Source: Podarcis cretensis (taxonomy: Eukaryota). Taken from it: 64,000 nt of DNA. How positions within the stretch are numbered: the stretch's first letter is position 1; each line of letters starts with the position of its first letter. The stretch is taken from positions 96,534,001-96,598,000 of the forward strand of contig OX638152.1 in NCBI GenBank assembly GCA_951804945.1, given 5' to 3'. The notes under the pieces were generated by a model, which saw only the letters and a list, made by a program, of their open reading frames with translations, searched no databases and was not told where the DNA came from. Positions 34,128 through 47,159 of this stretch are shown piece by piece. Position numbers and translations under genes: made by a program.

Positions 34128-37100
34128 GTGAGGATGGGGGCGGTGGGGGGGGGAGACCCCGCCTTGGCGAGGAGAGACCCCTCGCTTCCCCCCCCCCCAA
34201 AACAAACCCTCACCCAAATCCCCGTTTTCCTGCCTCCTCTGCGTTTCCCTGTTTCCTCTGCCTTGCTCCCACCTAGCCCTCTTTGCCTGTTGCCCAGCAG
34301 TTTTCCTCCTCCTCCTCCTGAGCTCTCTACCATCCTTGACCCCGGACCCTCATCCAGCACCCTTTCCTTCTGCCTTATTCCTCCAGATGGGCCTTTCTGC
34401 CCTCGCTTAAGGTGTCAAAACCTACCTGCCCTGGCAAAAAAACAACAACCAACCTACCATCCCTCAGACCAATCCCACACATCCTGACTGGTTCAGCTTC
34501 ACCCCCTCCCTGCCTGCAGGTAGCGCTCTCTAAATACTGCAGGGAGACTTGCCTACCTCTTAACACCCAAACCTGCATCCCCTGCTCAGTATGTCAACCA
34601 ATTTCCTGCCCTTTGTTTGCTGCCAGAATGTAAGTGCATGCCCAGTTAGTATCATACACTGCATCCTTCCTTGGCAACCTGGTGAGAAATCTTGTCATTC
34701 CTGTTCACCCACATTATATATATTTTTTTATCCACGTGGTGTCTTACTTCCAGATCTATCTGTCCTCGGTGCCCTTGCCTTGCCTATCTTTAATTCCGTT
34801 CCCATGCACAGAGCTTTCAGTTCTTCATTCCACCCACTTCTGGAGCTCTGTGTTGCATCTCCCAACAGCCTGCACAACTTCTGCAAGTCCTGACTGCAAC
34901 ATTGGCATATTCACCTCCAGCTTTCTTTATCTAAGCTTTCAGCATTCATAAACTATGCTGGTTACCTTGCATGTTCCTTAATACACCTTCCTCTTTCCTA
35001 TGTTTTTGTACATGTGTCTACACATCAACTTGAATATAAAGTACACCTCTTATATCCTGTTCTTGTTGCCTAGATTTCTGCTTTATAGAAGCATTCTCCC
35101 TGCCTGTATTGTTGCCTGTTCACATGTGCATAACAGATGCCCATCCCTCCAAATACACATCAGACAAGTGGTTTGGGATTTCTTACTTTCTACTTCTGAA
35201 AGCAACTTAACTCTGCCTAAAAGCACTAAAAATATTTTTACCCATAGTAAACACTATCTTTCCTTGTAATATTGGAGCCAGTGTCCTGATGGGGGTGCTC
35301 CATCCGGCTGGATCAAATTGGGGTGTTTCCTTGATTCTCTGGTTGTTAATTTACTTTTTTTTTGCAAGGTTTAATAAGATGGCATTAGAGAAAAGCTTTA
35401 GTCTTTGACTCTTCATACTGAAGTGATTCAGGCAAGATCTTTGACATCCTAATCAGCATGAAAAATATATTTCCAGAAGCTGCATCTCTTCAAAAATTCC
35501 TGATAATTATTAGTATTAAGACTGTAGAATTTTTAAATGATAATTGATGTGCCTGTCAGCATCAGCTTATTTCAGTGTCCACACATCTAGATGGATGCCT
35601 TAATCTGCTTTAAAATCAGCCCTAAAACGTTAAGTGCTGAAAAGGTTTTGAAGGTCCAACCTCTTGCATTATGATAGAATCTGCTCATGTCTAAATACTG
35701 AAAGATTACCCTCTTAAGCCTCTTTGCTGCTATTTCACAGTACTGTACTATGCCCAGTGCGGTTCAAAATGAACAAGAAAGATAACTGTTAAAAACCAAT
35801 AAAATACTGCAATAACTTCAAAGTTTGAAACTTGGTAACCAAATTCAAACCATATCTTGGCAGTAAAATAAAAAGGTACAGGCCTTGCGGTTTACCAAAA
35901 GCCCAGCCTTGAAAAATTGTGTTGACAAGCTTATGAATGTATATAAGAGTTGTACCTGGTGGGCCTCCTTGGGGAGCAAATTCTGTAGTGCAACTGTAGA
36001 GAAGGTCTTGCATCCTCAATTCTGATTTCACATAGACTCTGAACTCTGGAGAAGAGCCCCGTGGGGAGGCAGATGATCCACATACTCAGTAGAGTCTAGT
36101 ACAATTGAGCAGACAAAATGCCTCTGGGGCAAGAAATAAATTGAATGAAACAGCTTGTCTTGTTCAAGTGAAGAGCGTGCCATACAGTGGGGAGGCAGTG
36201 GCACCTGTATTCTCTGCCCCATATAAAGAATTGCGTCTGGCTTAAAGGAGCATATTCCCAAACCCTAAGCATGGTGAGTTTTCCTGCCATCCAAGCCTCC
36301 TCACAAGAAAGAGTGTTATTTGCCTCATTTGAAAGTGGGCAGGAACAGACAAGTACAGGGGGCTGGGAAACCATGGTCCTTTTCCCTAGAAGTTATAGCA
36401 TTTATTATATTAACAACAGTAGTTTTAGGCACAATAGCTAATCTACTTTAACCCATAGCCTTTAAGCATATGATTGTCATGTGCAGCATAATGTCTCCCA
36501 TAGCAGCTCTAGGATTGGGAGTGCAGGAGAGGAAAACACAGATATCACAGTATAAAATTCCTTCCTAATCTTAACACACCATTATTAAGGCACATCTGTA
36601 AATGTATTTATTTTTACGTAATTGTGGGGTTTTTTGGTCCTATGACTCTGCTAGTGGTGCTATCTCTGGAATTCATTAATCTCTCCCAGGATATGTTGTG
36701 GAATCTATTCCTTGAGGGAAATAGAATTGTAAGCAATAGTTGTTAACTGTGATTTTTCTACTATTATTGAAATTCCATTGGTGGCAGTACCAATGGACAT
36801 AGTTTTTTTCAAATCGCCAAACTGTTCCAATCAGATTAGATGGGCTCTCCTAGTTTATTAAGATGCTATTGCATTATTTTGTTAATGTGACCAATTGGTG
36901 ACATTTTATTAATGCCTCTTCTGTCTCCTGTCCCAGATCCAGAAATGGAATATATCTTTCCTTAAAGCTTTGTTTTCATCATTCACTAGTAGAAGACATA
37001 CAACTGGGATAGTTGTTGTTGTTTTTCCCATGGTTAGAAACATTTTTAGATACCTAGGTAAAAGCAAGTACAAGGAAGAACAAGCAGTTCACGGTGGGGA

Positions 37101-39096
37101 AAAGATAATCCCGCTATCCCTCTGTTGTTAGGGAAGTGTGCAGAGAAATGATGACCAAATACCTACCAATGTAGCCTGTACGTTGCCAGGCTGTGCACCA
37201 TGCAGAACATCTTTTGCCATCTTCTGAACTCACTTCCTGGTTCTGCTGGAATAAGCCCCCCCACCATTTTCCTGGGCACCAGAATCCACCCCCAACTGTG
37301 TGTGGTCTACTAATGGGCCCACCACCTGGGAATTACAGAGCTAATCTGTACCACTGTTCTTACAAAGAAATTTAATCATAGGCTTTCTGTATTTACACGT
37401 GAAATACCAATATAGTTACTGATTTTTCTTTGTGTGTTTTCTTCTGTTTTGTACAAAATACTACTGACCTTGGGATGAGCAGTGGTTTCAGACTAAGGAA
37501 GCTTAAGCCATTTATGCTTCTGGTTAAAATGCTATGCTGTCCTGCATGTGTGATACCTGGTTCCTTTTCATTCTGTATTTTTGTCCACGTATACCTGATA
37601 AACATTGTAAAGATACATGATCTGTGGTTTTTTTGACATTTCCACAGTTCCAGTAGCGAACAGAAAGCCATCAATCTGTGGAATTTGACTGAAATCTTTT
37701 GAGGAAATTCTGTGGCTATTTTTTAACTTAGATTATATGCTATTTTTAAAATATAAATTAGCATCAAGTCTCAAAACTTGATAGGATCTGTCATCCTCAA
37801 AACTAACCAATCATAGTATATGAGACAGTGTCAGAATCCAGATGACTGATTGCTATTGCAGCTCCCATGTATGCTCATATGCCCCATTCCCCAAATAGGG
37901 TGGATATTTTCAAGCAATATCAACTTAAGAACTCCAGTGAGACTAGTCAAAGGTTCTTGTTAGTAGAACTGAAAAAGCCCACTGCCTGTGCACCAGGCAA
38001 GGCAATTACAAACAGGTTGTGACAGTTTCCAGGTCCTTGGAAAAGTGTATAGAACTTGCTATTTTTTGGGTTGTCTTATTACACTACTTGAAATTTTGAA
38101 ACACAGGTTGCATCACAACAGAACAACGTGTGTCAATAAAGTGAGCTCTACTAGTTACACAGTGCTTTGTTTTTCACCAACTCTAGCTGCCCTCCATTAC
38201 TTCCTCACAGATGTCATAACAAAAATAATGGGGTTCCTATCTGGATCTGCCAGTTTGCATGCTTCCTTAGGGGTAGTGCTGGCTTGGAGACTTTCCGTGC
38301 AATTTGGCAGATACAGAGATCGTATGTGGAATGCCTTCTGCAGCATCCATGTCAGTCTACACATCTTTTAGCAGTAATCATGCTCAAGCTACTGTAATAG
38401 AATGAACCACAGAATGGACTTTACTGTAAATCTCAGTGCTGATTTCAGGCTAATTCAAGTAATCATTATTCTGTGTTAAGATGTGGATTGAGAAGTGTTT
38501 GGTGTTTTTGTTTCCAGGCATGTTATGAAATGATCATGAGACTATTTTACCATGTGTTTCCATCCCAGTGACCATGATATTAGTGTTTTGGAAACACTAC
38601 GTAATTTTCACAGAGTGAAAAATTATGTAACTGTATATCTAGAGGAGAAAGTTCAAGTTATGTACACTCAGTCCACATCCTGCAACCTGAAGAGAGTCAT
38701 AAATGTTGGTTCTTGTGCAACTAAATCTCCAAAACTTTGTGCCTTGTGTTTCACGAAACTTGCAAAAAGATTGTCAGTCTTTGAAATATCGCCATCGATA
38801 CCAATTGTAGTAAAAAGTAGACATCTGCTGAACCAGTATCTTGTTCTGCTAAAACTACAGATGTAGTATTGTAGTACCTCCGCCTTTCTTGGCAAGATAT
38901 CCACCCCGTAGTCTATAATTGAGAATGCTTAGTTCTGAAGCCGAAGATAGCAAGCCACAGTAACATGGGCAGGAATATTTTAAAGGAAAAAGCACAACAA
39001 CAAATTTAGGGCAGAAAATTTAGCCTGGATAGCTCAGATCATAAGAATGCCAAGGTTGCAGGCATTGTTAAGATTTTGAGCTGACTAGGGATAACT

Positions 39097-39222
39097 TAGA
39101 GTATGAGACTCTTTATCTCAGGGTTGTGTGTTTGAGCCCTGTGTTGGGCAAAAAGATTCCTGCATTGCTTGAAATTTCACTAGATCACCCCTTCCAACTC
39201 CACGATTCTATGAATCTATGAT
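39097..39222 (+). mobile_element. SINE with tRNA-Lys(CTT)-derived head and CR1 tail (second copy)
   Basis: TAGAGTATGAGACTCTTTATCTCAGGGTTGTGTGTTTGAGCCCTGTGTTGGGC + AAAAAGATTCCTGCATTGC...CTTCCAACTCCACGATTCTATGAATCTATGA. Confidence 0.8.
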
Positions 39223-39407
39223 ATTAGATAAGAATATACATGTGATGTATTTTCATGTTGCAGCGTGATCCAGTAAGTGGTTAGGACACTAATATACTCC
39301 CCTTCTACAGACTGGAGAAAGTGCTGCTAATTGTGATGTTTTGAAGATTTCACTATTCATTTCCCCCCTGCAGCTGGAGACTTGCTGGGGCAAAAGCACC
39401 TAAGCTA

Positions 39408-39476
39408 ATTCATTTGTGGTCCTACTGTCTTTTTTTTAAAAAAAATGTTGAAATGACAGTAGGACCACAAATGAAT
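39408..39476. repeat. Perfect 22-bp inverted repeat with 25-nt spacer
   Basis: ATTCATTTGTGGTCCTACTGTC (39408-39429) / GACAGTAGGACCACAAATGAAT (39455-39476). Confidence 0.95.
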
Positions 39477-41487
39477 CTACTACTAGAGCCCTAGTAGCTT
39501 CCAGAATACATTCAATGTTCAGCCTATGTTTGGCCCAGTTATTGTCTGAAACCTCCATCATATCTTTATTTTAAATGCCGAAAGGTTCAGAAGTTAGAGA
39601 TAATGATGTTGGGTTGGGACCAGACTAAGTTGAACTTCGTTCTGATGGGTTTCACTAGGAACACCAGGCTGGATCCAAAGTGCACCCGGGGACTTTTTGA
39701 AACTGAATTCTTGTCCCTTCCTCCCTACAGTAGCCGTCCAGTTTTCAGGCAACCTGTCAGTCCTTCACAACAGATCACCCTATTTGGCAGGTTCCCTCAT
39801 TTTCAGGAGAGCATTTTGCAGGGTCAACTGCTGTGGGAAGGAGAGGGACACAGAAAGCAGCTTCTGCCAGTCCTATTGTGTACACTTAAACTTTGATCCA
39901 GTCCTAAGTCTAACTTTCCCAATGAAATAGGAAACTTGGTTTAAACAAATTTTGGTTAATTAAAATTTTCCTTGAATTCTTTGCAAAATATTTTCTCATT
40001 ATGGATAATTTATTCTTCCCCATCAACTACAGATTTTAAAAAGAAATGTACATTCTAAGTACCTGAAAATTCTATTTTTTATTTTCAAATCATTTTTCAA
40101 TGTCTGTCATTACAGAAATAATAATTCTCAGTTTTAACAACATGGATATTGTTGATTCTAACAGGTTCAAGCCATAGAAACGGTCTTGAGAAATAAATGG
40201 AAATCATAATGAAAAGGCGAGTCAACAGTTTTTTGCCATAAGGAGATTAAGAGGAGAGGTTTCTAAAGAATTCTATCTTAAGAGAACCTGGCTCAACTGT
40301 TAACCCTTTCTAAATTGTGGGGTTAAAAAAACAGAATAAAACAGCAGGTGACTACTTCAAAAAGTACTTTGCTTACAGAAGCACAGATTAAGAAATGTTT
40401 TGTAGGAGAAGGAGCAGATATCATTTATAATTACTAGGTAGAGTTTGACACATCACTTGCATGCTAGAACAGCATTTGCAGTGAAACTGAGTTTTAAAAT
40501 GTTGGTACAGTTATCGGAATAAGATTTTCCCCCCTTAAGGCTTGCACTTTCCCAGAAAGCATTTTTGTGGTTCATTGAGAGGTGTTCCGAACACTATATG
40601 GCTTTTTGGCACAGCAGATTAAAATCCTCTTTGTAATGAGGTGTTTGGGAAAGATTGAGTATGGGAAAACATTATATCCTAAAATATTTTTCTGGAGAAT
40701 AAGTAAATACATTGTTGTAGCGCCAAAGATGTCATCAGAATTCTGAGACGCTCTGTAATTCCATTTTATATATGGGGTAGGGTGGGACAAAAGGGACTTC
40801 CTACAGTGTAAGTATATGTATTCTGGATCAGACCCAAGACCTAACTAATGCACCCATTTCTCACAAGGATCAGTCAAATGTCACTAGGAAGTCCACAAAT
40901 ATAATAGGAGGGCAGTAAGTTGCTCCTTCAAATGTTCCATGGGCACTGGTGTTTAGAGTCGTGCTGCTTCTGGTCTTGGAGGTAACCTATAGCAGTAATA
41001 ACAATAGTAATAGAACAACAACAACAACAACAACAATTTTACTATTTATGTGCTGTACATTTGTGTTGTCCCAGCCACTCTAGGCTGCTCCCAACAAAAT
41101 ATTTTTTAAAAAATAAAACATCAACTATTAAAAAAAAACTTCCCTGAACAGGGCTGCCTAATTCCATTTTAGAGATATCTGAGTTGATGGACACCACCCC
41201 ATAATTTGACAATGGATTCTTAAATTTTAATTATGTGTTCTGTGAACTAGCACCTTTTTTTGCCTGTCCAGAATTTCCCACCATTCATCTTCGTTGGAGA
41301 AACCAAGGTTCCACTATTTCTGAGAGATAGAAAAGCATCTCTCCCTAACCATTTTCTCCACATCAGGAATAATTTTATATACCTACGCCATCTAGATTTG
41401 TATAATGCGAAGCAACAAAAATGGTGAACAGTTGGGTGAATAGTAAGAAGTTGCAACTAAATGACAGCTTTCCTTATGCTTGATTTA

Positions 41488-41825
41488 CAGTGGTGCCTCG
41501 CAAGACGAAATTAATCCGTTCCGTGAGTCTCTTCGTATAGCGGTTTTTTCGTCTTGCGAAGCAAGCATATTGAGAGTTTAGCAGATTAGCGCTATTAGCG
41601 GCTTTTAGCGGCTTATCAGCTTAGCGGATCAGCTGATAAGCGGCTTAGCTGCTTAGAAAAAGGAGGGGGAAAGGGAAAAAACCCCGCAGGAACTCGCAAG
41701 ACATTTTCGTCTTGCGATGCAAGCCCATAGGGAAATTCGTTTTGCAAAGCGCCTCCAAAACGGAAAACCCTTTCGTCTAGCGGGTTTTCCGTCTTGCGAG
41801 GCGTTCGTCTTGCGGGGCGCCACTG
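41488..41825 (-). mobile_element. Tc1/mariner MITE, family B, inverted relative to the 22654 and 28559 copies
   Basis: TA flanks; TIRs CAGTGGTGCCTCGCAAGACGAA / TTCGTCTTGCGGGGCGCCACTG. Confidence 0.92.
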
Positions 41826-42098
41826 TAGTGCTGTGTGGGCTGGGACAGTCCAGAGTCTCTAGATAGAGCCAAGTTTGGGAAGGCTAGCTTATGCATTAGA
41901 ACAACGGTTCCCAGTTGGTGGTCCCCAGGGGGTCCATGGCACCATTCACATAACCAGAACTACCATAGAGATATCTAAATTTTCAAAGGTAGAGGGTCTA
42001 TGGCTTGGCTTTTGAAAAACAGTGCATCCACAGTAGGAACCGCTGCATTAGAAGGTTGTAGTGGCATTACTTAATCGCATAATATGGTGGTTGTACAG

Positions 42099-42233
42099 CA
42101 GGCATAGGAAAACTCGACCCTCCAGATGTTTTAGAACTACAACTCCCACCATCCCTAGCTAACAGGACCAGTGGTCAGGGATGATGGGAATTGTAGTCTC
42201 TAAACATCGGGAGGGCGGAGTTTGCTATGCCTG
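42099..42233. mobile_element. Palindromic hAT (Charlie-like) MITE
   Basis: 8-bp TSD TTGTACAG / TTGTAGAG; TIRs CAGGCATAG / CTATGCCTG; ACTACAACTCCCA / TGGGAATTGTAGT arms. Confidence 0.88.
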
Positions 42234-42335
42234 TTGTAGAGCATCCTAGATTTCCATTGAATCCTATGTGTTGTTTTATCCTTGGAAAAGGTTTGTATAC
42301 CTAGATCAGCCAGCTGACTCTTCTTCTTGTATCTA

Positions 42336-42561
42336 CAGTGGTACTTCGGGTTAAGTACTTAATTCGTTCCGGACGTCTGTTCTTAACCTGAAACTGTTCT
42401 TAACCTGAAGCACCATTTTAGCTAATGGGGCCTCCTGCTGCCGCCGTGCCGCCGGAGCACGATTTCTGTTTTTCTCCTGAAGCAAAGTTCTTAACCCGAG
42501 GTACTATTTCTGGGTTAGCGGAGTCTGTAACCTGAAACGTATGTAACCCGAGGTACCACTG
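42336..42561. mobile_element. Tc1/mariner (Tigger-like) MITE, family C
   Basis: TA flanks; TIRs CAGTGGTACTTCGGGTTA / TAACCCGAGGTACCACTG. Confidence 0.92.
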
Positions 42562-43026
42562 TATTCCCAAGATCACTTTAAAAGTTGTTTGTGCAGAAGT
42601 GGCAGCCATGCACCTTACAAGAGTTAGGGTTGGGAGCATTAACTGATACACATAAATCATTGTAGTTAAAATGTAGATTTTGGTCTGATCTATTCTTTGG
42701 TCAGGATTATCACATTTGAAAGATTGCTTTTTGTATGGCCATAGTGTTTTCTTGGAATTGAAATATATGGGGCAACAAATCCATGTTTTTGCTTCTACAC
42801 ACTCTGAAATCTCCATGTCTAGACTTTGAACAGGGAGTGAATCAATGGATTTTATTCACAGTCAGAATTAGTACAATAATTGCAAATAGGAACATTTAAA
42901 ACTGGAATTTTCTTTCTATATTAATAGAACCCAAACGCATCTGCACTTCTGGAAAAAATAATTACTGCAGTAGAAATCCAGGCATTGGTTTTAGGGAAAA
43001 ATAGTTTCTGCAGTAGACTTTGAATG

Positions 43027-43101
43027 TTTCCTGCTTGGCAGGGGGTTGGACTCGATGGCCCTTGTGGTCTCTTCCAACTCTATGATTCTATGATTCTATG
43101 A
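43027..43101 (+). mobile_element. CR1 3' terminal fragment
   Basis: TTTCCTGCTTGGCAGGGGGTTGGACTCGATGGCCCTTGTGGTCTCTTCCAACTCTATGATTCTATGATTCTATGA, essentially the reverse complement of 60351-60424. Confidence 0.9.
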
Positions 43102-43610
43102 ATTATATCTGAAATGTAACTTAGTTCCAGTTCATCCTAATGGAAAGACACTTTCACTCGGTTTGCATAGGTGCTATGTGGATAATGTACATTGTACACA
43201 CAATCAAAATAGTTGGTAGCCTTGAATTTTAGGTACCAAATAACTTGATTTGGGCAATTTGATGAGATCATTCCACTTCTATGATGTTCTGAGTAATTGC
43301 ATGGTGAGGGAGGAAGAAAAGAGCAGATAATATGGTTCAGATATGAGCTGCCTGGTATATGGGAAAATCCTGGATTCCTAAATATTGGCTTCTAAGTCCT
43401 AGGAATTTGAAATGTTTTCCTAGCAGTGTTATATTTTAAATAAAAGTTCACTCTAAGGCCAATCCCTCCAGGAAGTGATAGTTGAACTCTTAACAAATAA
43501 ATATCTACAAATTACATGTCTGGTAGCCAAATTTGCTTTGGCAGCCAAGAAGCTCTGCTCCAGTTATACTAAAGCATTGAAATTCTAAAATTCTGCATCC
43601 TTATTTAATG

Positions 43611-44024
43611 GGACCATCAAGAAGGCTGATCGCCGAAGAATTGATGCTTTTGAATTCTGGTGCTGGAGGAGACTCTTGAGAGTCCCATGGACTGCAAGAA
43701 GATCAAACCTCTCCATTCTGAAGGAAATCAGCCCTGAGTGCTCACTGGAAGGACAGATCCTGAAGCTGAGGCTCCAATACTTTGGCCGCCTCATGAGAAG
43801 AGAAGACTCCCTGGAAAAGACCCTGATGTTGGGAAAGATGGAGGGCACAAGGAGAAGGGGACGACAGAGGACGAGATGGTTGGACAGTGTTCTCGAAGCT
43901 ACAAACATGAGTCTGACCAAACTGTGGGAGGCAGTGGAAGACAGGAGTTCCTGGCGTGCTCTGGTCCATGGGGTCACAAAGAGTCGGACACGACTAAACG
44001 ACTAAACAACAACAACAACAACAA
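43611..44024 (+). mobile_element. BovB (RTE-clade) LINE, 5'-truncated 3' end
   Basis: TIKKADRRRIDAFEFWCWRRLLRVPWTARRSNLSILKEISPECSLEGQILKLRLQYFG...VHGVTKSRTRLND*, then a (CAA)n tail. Confidence 0.96.
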
Positions 44025-46149
44025 TATGCCACCAGTTGGTTAAAGTCTGAAAAAGTAATTCACTGTAATACATTTTCTTGACGTTAAACCTGTGAAAATG
44101 CATGTCATCTCTGGATAACAATATTATCTGTCTATTTTGCTTTTTACTTCTGGCACATGTATTTATGTGCCATACAAAATCTGGGCCTCTTGGCTTCCTT
44201 AGGTGAAATAAAATATGTGTTTCTTTGGGAAATCTCAGTGTTTGTTTAAAAGCAGACTTCCATGTGCTGATTGTAGAGAAGATTCTAGAAACTTTATTAT
44301 GCCCAAGCAATATTTTCCAGTTGTGGCCTCTCTGTCTTTTATGTACCAGAAACTGCTCAGGGAACCAAGGCATAAATTGAGAAAGATGTTTGATGTGCAC
44401 TAGAAAAACATTCCTGTTCCACAGCCTAAGATGTAAGATACATCAGAGAAGGATAAGGAGGATTGTGAAAAGAAGTAAATTTTTCGACCTGATCAGAGGT
44501 GGGGAAATGGTTTGTTTTATGAATGGGTGTGTGCAGGAGGGGGTAAATTTAAACCACATTTCTCATTTGTATTCAGGATATTTTGTAAACAAAAGTGCAC
44601 ACTAATTGGCATCATCACAGCAAGCTGACCTACAAATGAACAGAGCTTTTATGCTGCCTAGGAAGGTGATCCAGAGTTTCTGTTAATGCAGCCCATGTAT
44701 CTTGTGGGCTATGGTATTCTGTGGATGGAATCCAAAGGATTTCCTTCCCCTTGATGCTGTTTTCCCAAGAAATATTTAAAACAGCAGCAGTGGTGTTTGT
44801 ACTGAGGTCTTCCTATAATAGAAATTTAAAAATAAAAAACGAACTTGCATCAATTCAGAATTGTTTTTTCTCCTTCAGCCATTTGATTTTTATCAAATGA
44901 ACCCTCTGCCTGTCTTCTACGAGAGACATTTTCAGAGGCGGATGTTAGTGCAATGTGCTGGATTTTGAGCCACTGTTCAGTTGATTTGTGATAGTTTGCT
45001 GGCATTTTGTATGTGGTGTTTTTTTTCAGAGGATGATGTAATTCTTTTGCAAAATAATGTCTTTTCTGGAAACAACTAGTGCTCTGGATGTTTAGGTTCT
45101 AGCTCCGTGCTTCTCACACTTCTTGAGTTGGAGTGCCGGAGGGTTGCCCATCTGGATAAACTCTTTATTGTCCCCACTATAGGGTAGAATCCAGAGTGCT
45201 GCATGTGAAATCCTGCACATGGTCTACGATTGCTGAGGACCTCCATTCCTTCTCCAGGCCTTCAAACCCCTCCAAAAACTTCTTGGGAAATGTGCTTCTT
45301 CTTCGTGGTACCTGTGCAGTCAAACACATGGGTCATGTACATGCACAGAGCCTCATTCAGGAACATTCTCAGGCTGCCTTAAGAGTTCTGGCAGGTGTCC
45401 CACTCCAGAACTTCAAAGATGATATAAGATCAGATATTCAAGAGGGAAGTTGAATATCCAGTAGTCCCACCCTCCATGTGCACACATCAAGAGATTTTAT
45501 AGTGGATTATTGAAGCTCAGATATTCATGGGAAATTCAAGGTTTAAAGGAAATGCTATGTCTTTCTATCCCTGAGAGATTTTGACATAAGACTTAACAGC
45601 AAATCATTCTTCAATGAAATGTGTTGTTGTTTTTAAAGAAAAGTCTTATCAATCAACATCTGTGCTGTTGTCAGAATTTTATGTTTAGCTCTTGATAAAA
45701 ATAAGACTAGTAATTCTTTTAGAGTACATAGCTGATTGGCAGTCTTCAAATGTTGTAACTGTCATTACTAAGTTGGGTTTGCATGCATAGGCAGCAAATA
45801 TTGTGGTTTAAACATGCTCTGCTCAGCCCTCATGCTACAGCACAATATTTAAATATTGGGGCGAGGGATGGCAATCATAATACCCTGCTTTTCACTGAAG
45901 ATGAGAGATTGCGTTAGAATCAGTAGACTTTAATTCAGTATCTGTTAGTTCTCTCTGGTGAAAGCTTCTGTGCATAGAACGGTCAGAAAATTCTTTACTA
46001 TTTGTAACTATCCAATGTAACATAGAGATTCAAAGAAAGCTGGTGATGCTTAAGAAATGCTTCGTATTTGGAGGATGTCCTAAAAAGAGTTGTGTAGTGT
46101 ACAGTCAAACATATTTTATATCTTACCATCCAGAGTGGCATTGGCTTGG

Positions 46150-46740
46150 TTCTCACAGTCCTAAACCAGATTTAGTAGCAAATCATGGTTAACACTGAGG
46201 TGTCTGGCAAGTTATCACTTAAACCTTTGTTTATTGCGTTACAGAATTGTTAAAAGCACTAGTGGGAGCAGCCAAGCTTTGAGAGCTGTTTGACATTCTC
46301 GGTACTCTTCACTTGTGGCTCTATTGCTTTTGGGCAGTGACTGCTCTTTAACCATAGTTAAGAAGGTGGCCCAGATTCACACATAATTCTTAAGCTATGG
46401 TTAATGTTAACTAAGGTATATACCAACTATAAACCTTGATTAATGAGCAACCTTTAACGATAGGTAAACTATCATTAAACTGCTGTGCTGGGCTCACACA
46501 TAACACTAAACGGTAGTTTAATAAGCCGTAGTTTAACACATCATGGTTTAGTGTTGTGTGTGGACCAAGCCATTGTGGTTAATGTTAATTATGATTAGTT
46601 TCAAACAAGCCAACTTTTAAACCATGGTTACCGAAACTGGCTTATTTAAAGTAACCATTGTTAATGTGAATTGCATTTCTGAGTCTAGATGACACAGCAA
46701 GTTGCGATTAAGTATAAATGGAAACTTCTGAATTTGACTG
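46150..46740. repeat. Degenerate AACCATRGTT-motif repeat cluster
   Basis: Numerous AACCATAGTT / CATGGTT / TGTGGTT motifs in both orientations. Confidence 0.5.
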
Positions 46741-46830
46741 CATGGGAAGCAGTGAACACAAGGTTCACGGCAGCTTGTTCCTCCTTATGCACTTTGCAGT
46801 ACATGATGGTTTTTAGGTGATGTTACAAAC

Positions 46831-47007
46831 CAGTGTTCAAAATTTGCCATTTTGCACCTGGTTATTGGCCACTTGCAACCAAGTGAAGATTGCCAGGTGT
46901 CAGGATGGCGCCTGATGTCTCCACCATCTGGAGGTGCATGCCTGGGAATCCTTCGATCTTGCCTGTTTTCACGCACTAACAACACTTCCTCTAGAATTCT
47001 ATCTGTG
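46831..47007 (+). mobile_element. Left part of unclassified DNA element (CAGTGTT terminus)
   Basis: 46875-47007 aligns to 25517-25648. Confidence 0.65.
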
Positions 47008-47033
47008 ATATTTTATCTGCACAATGTTCACAA

Positions 47034-47159
47034 AAGGGACCCCCAGGGTTATCTAGTCCAGCTCCCTGCATGCAGGAATCCCACCCGCAGCCGTCCCTGG
47101 GTGGGCTTGAACCACCAACCTTCTGGTTAACAGCAAGGTACACTGACCCATTGTTCCAC
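47034..47159 (-). mobile_element. SINE with tRNA-Asn(GTT)-derived head and CR1 tail
   Basis: Minus strand: GTGGAACAATGGGTCAGTGTACCTTGCTGTTAACCAGAAGGTTGGTGGTTCAAGCCCACCCAGGGACG (tRNA-Asn-like), then GGATTCCTGCATGCAGGGAGCTGGACTAGATAACCCTGGGGGTCCCTT. Confidence 0.8.

Larger units (their letters stand above)
33000..34200 (+). promoter_or_regulatory. RAP2A: CpG island containing the RAP2A promoter, 5' UTR and exon 1
   Basis: Very high GC and CpG density; CACGTG at 33196, 33276, 33426; GATTGG (inverted CCAAT) at ~33129 and ~33399; GC boxes; (CT)n at ~33333-33364; (GGC)7 at ~33739-33759. Confidence 0.9.

Noticed and set aside
33472-34200. 242-aa antisense ORF over RAP2A exon 1
   Set aside because: Shadow ORF: G/C-ending sense codons and CpG-island composition remove antisense stops; low-complexity product
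33705-34487. 260-aa frameshifted + strand ORF (poly-Arg/Gly/Pro)
   Set aside because: Non-ATG start, GC-rich shadow frame running into intron; no protein-like features
43611-44005. Possible domesticated or active reverse transcriptase gene
   Set aside because: Only the C-terminal ~130 aa of BovB; no RT or endonuclease core, promoter or start
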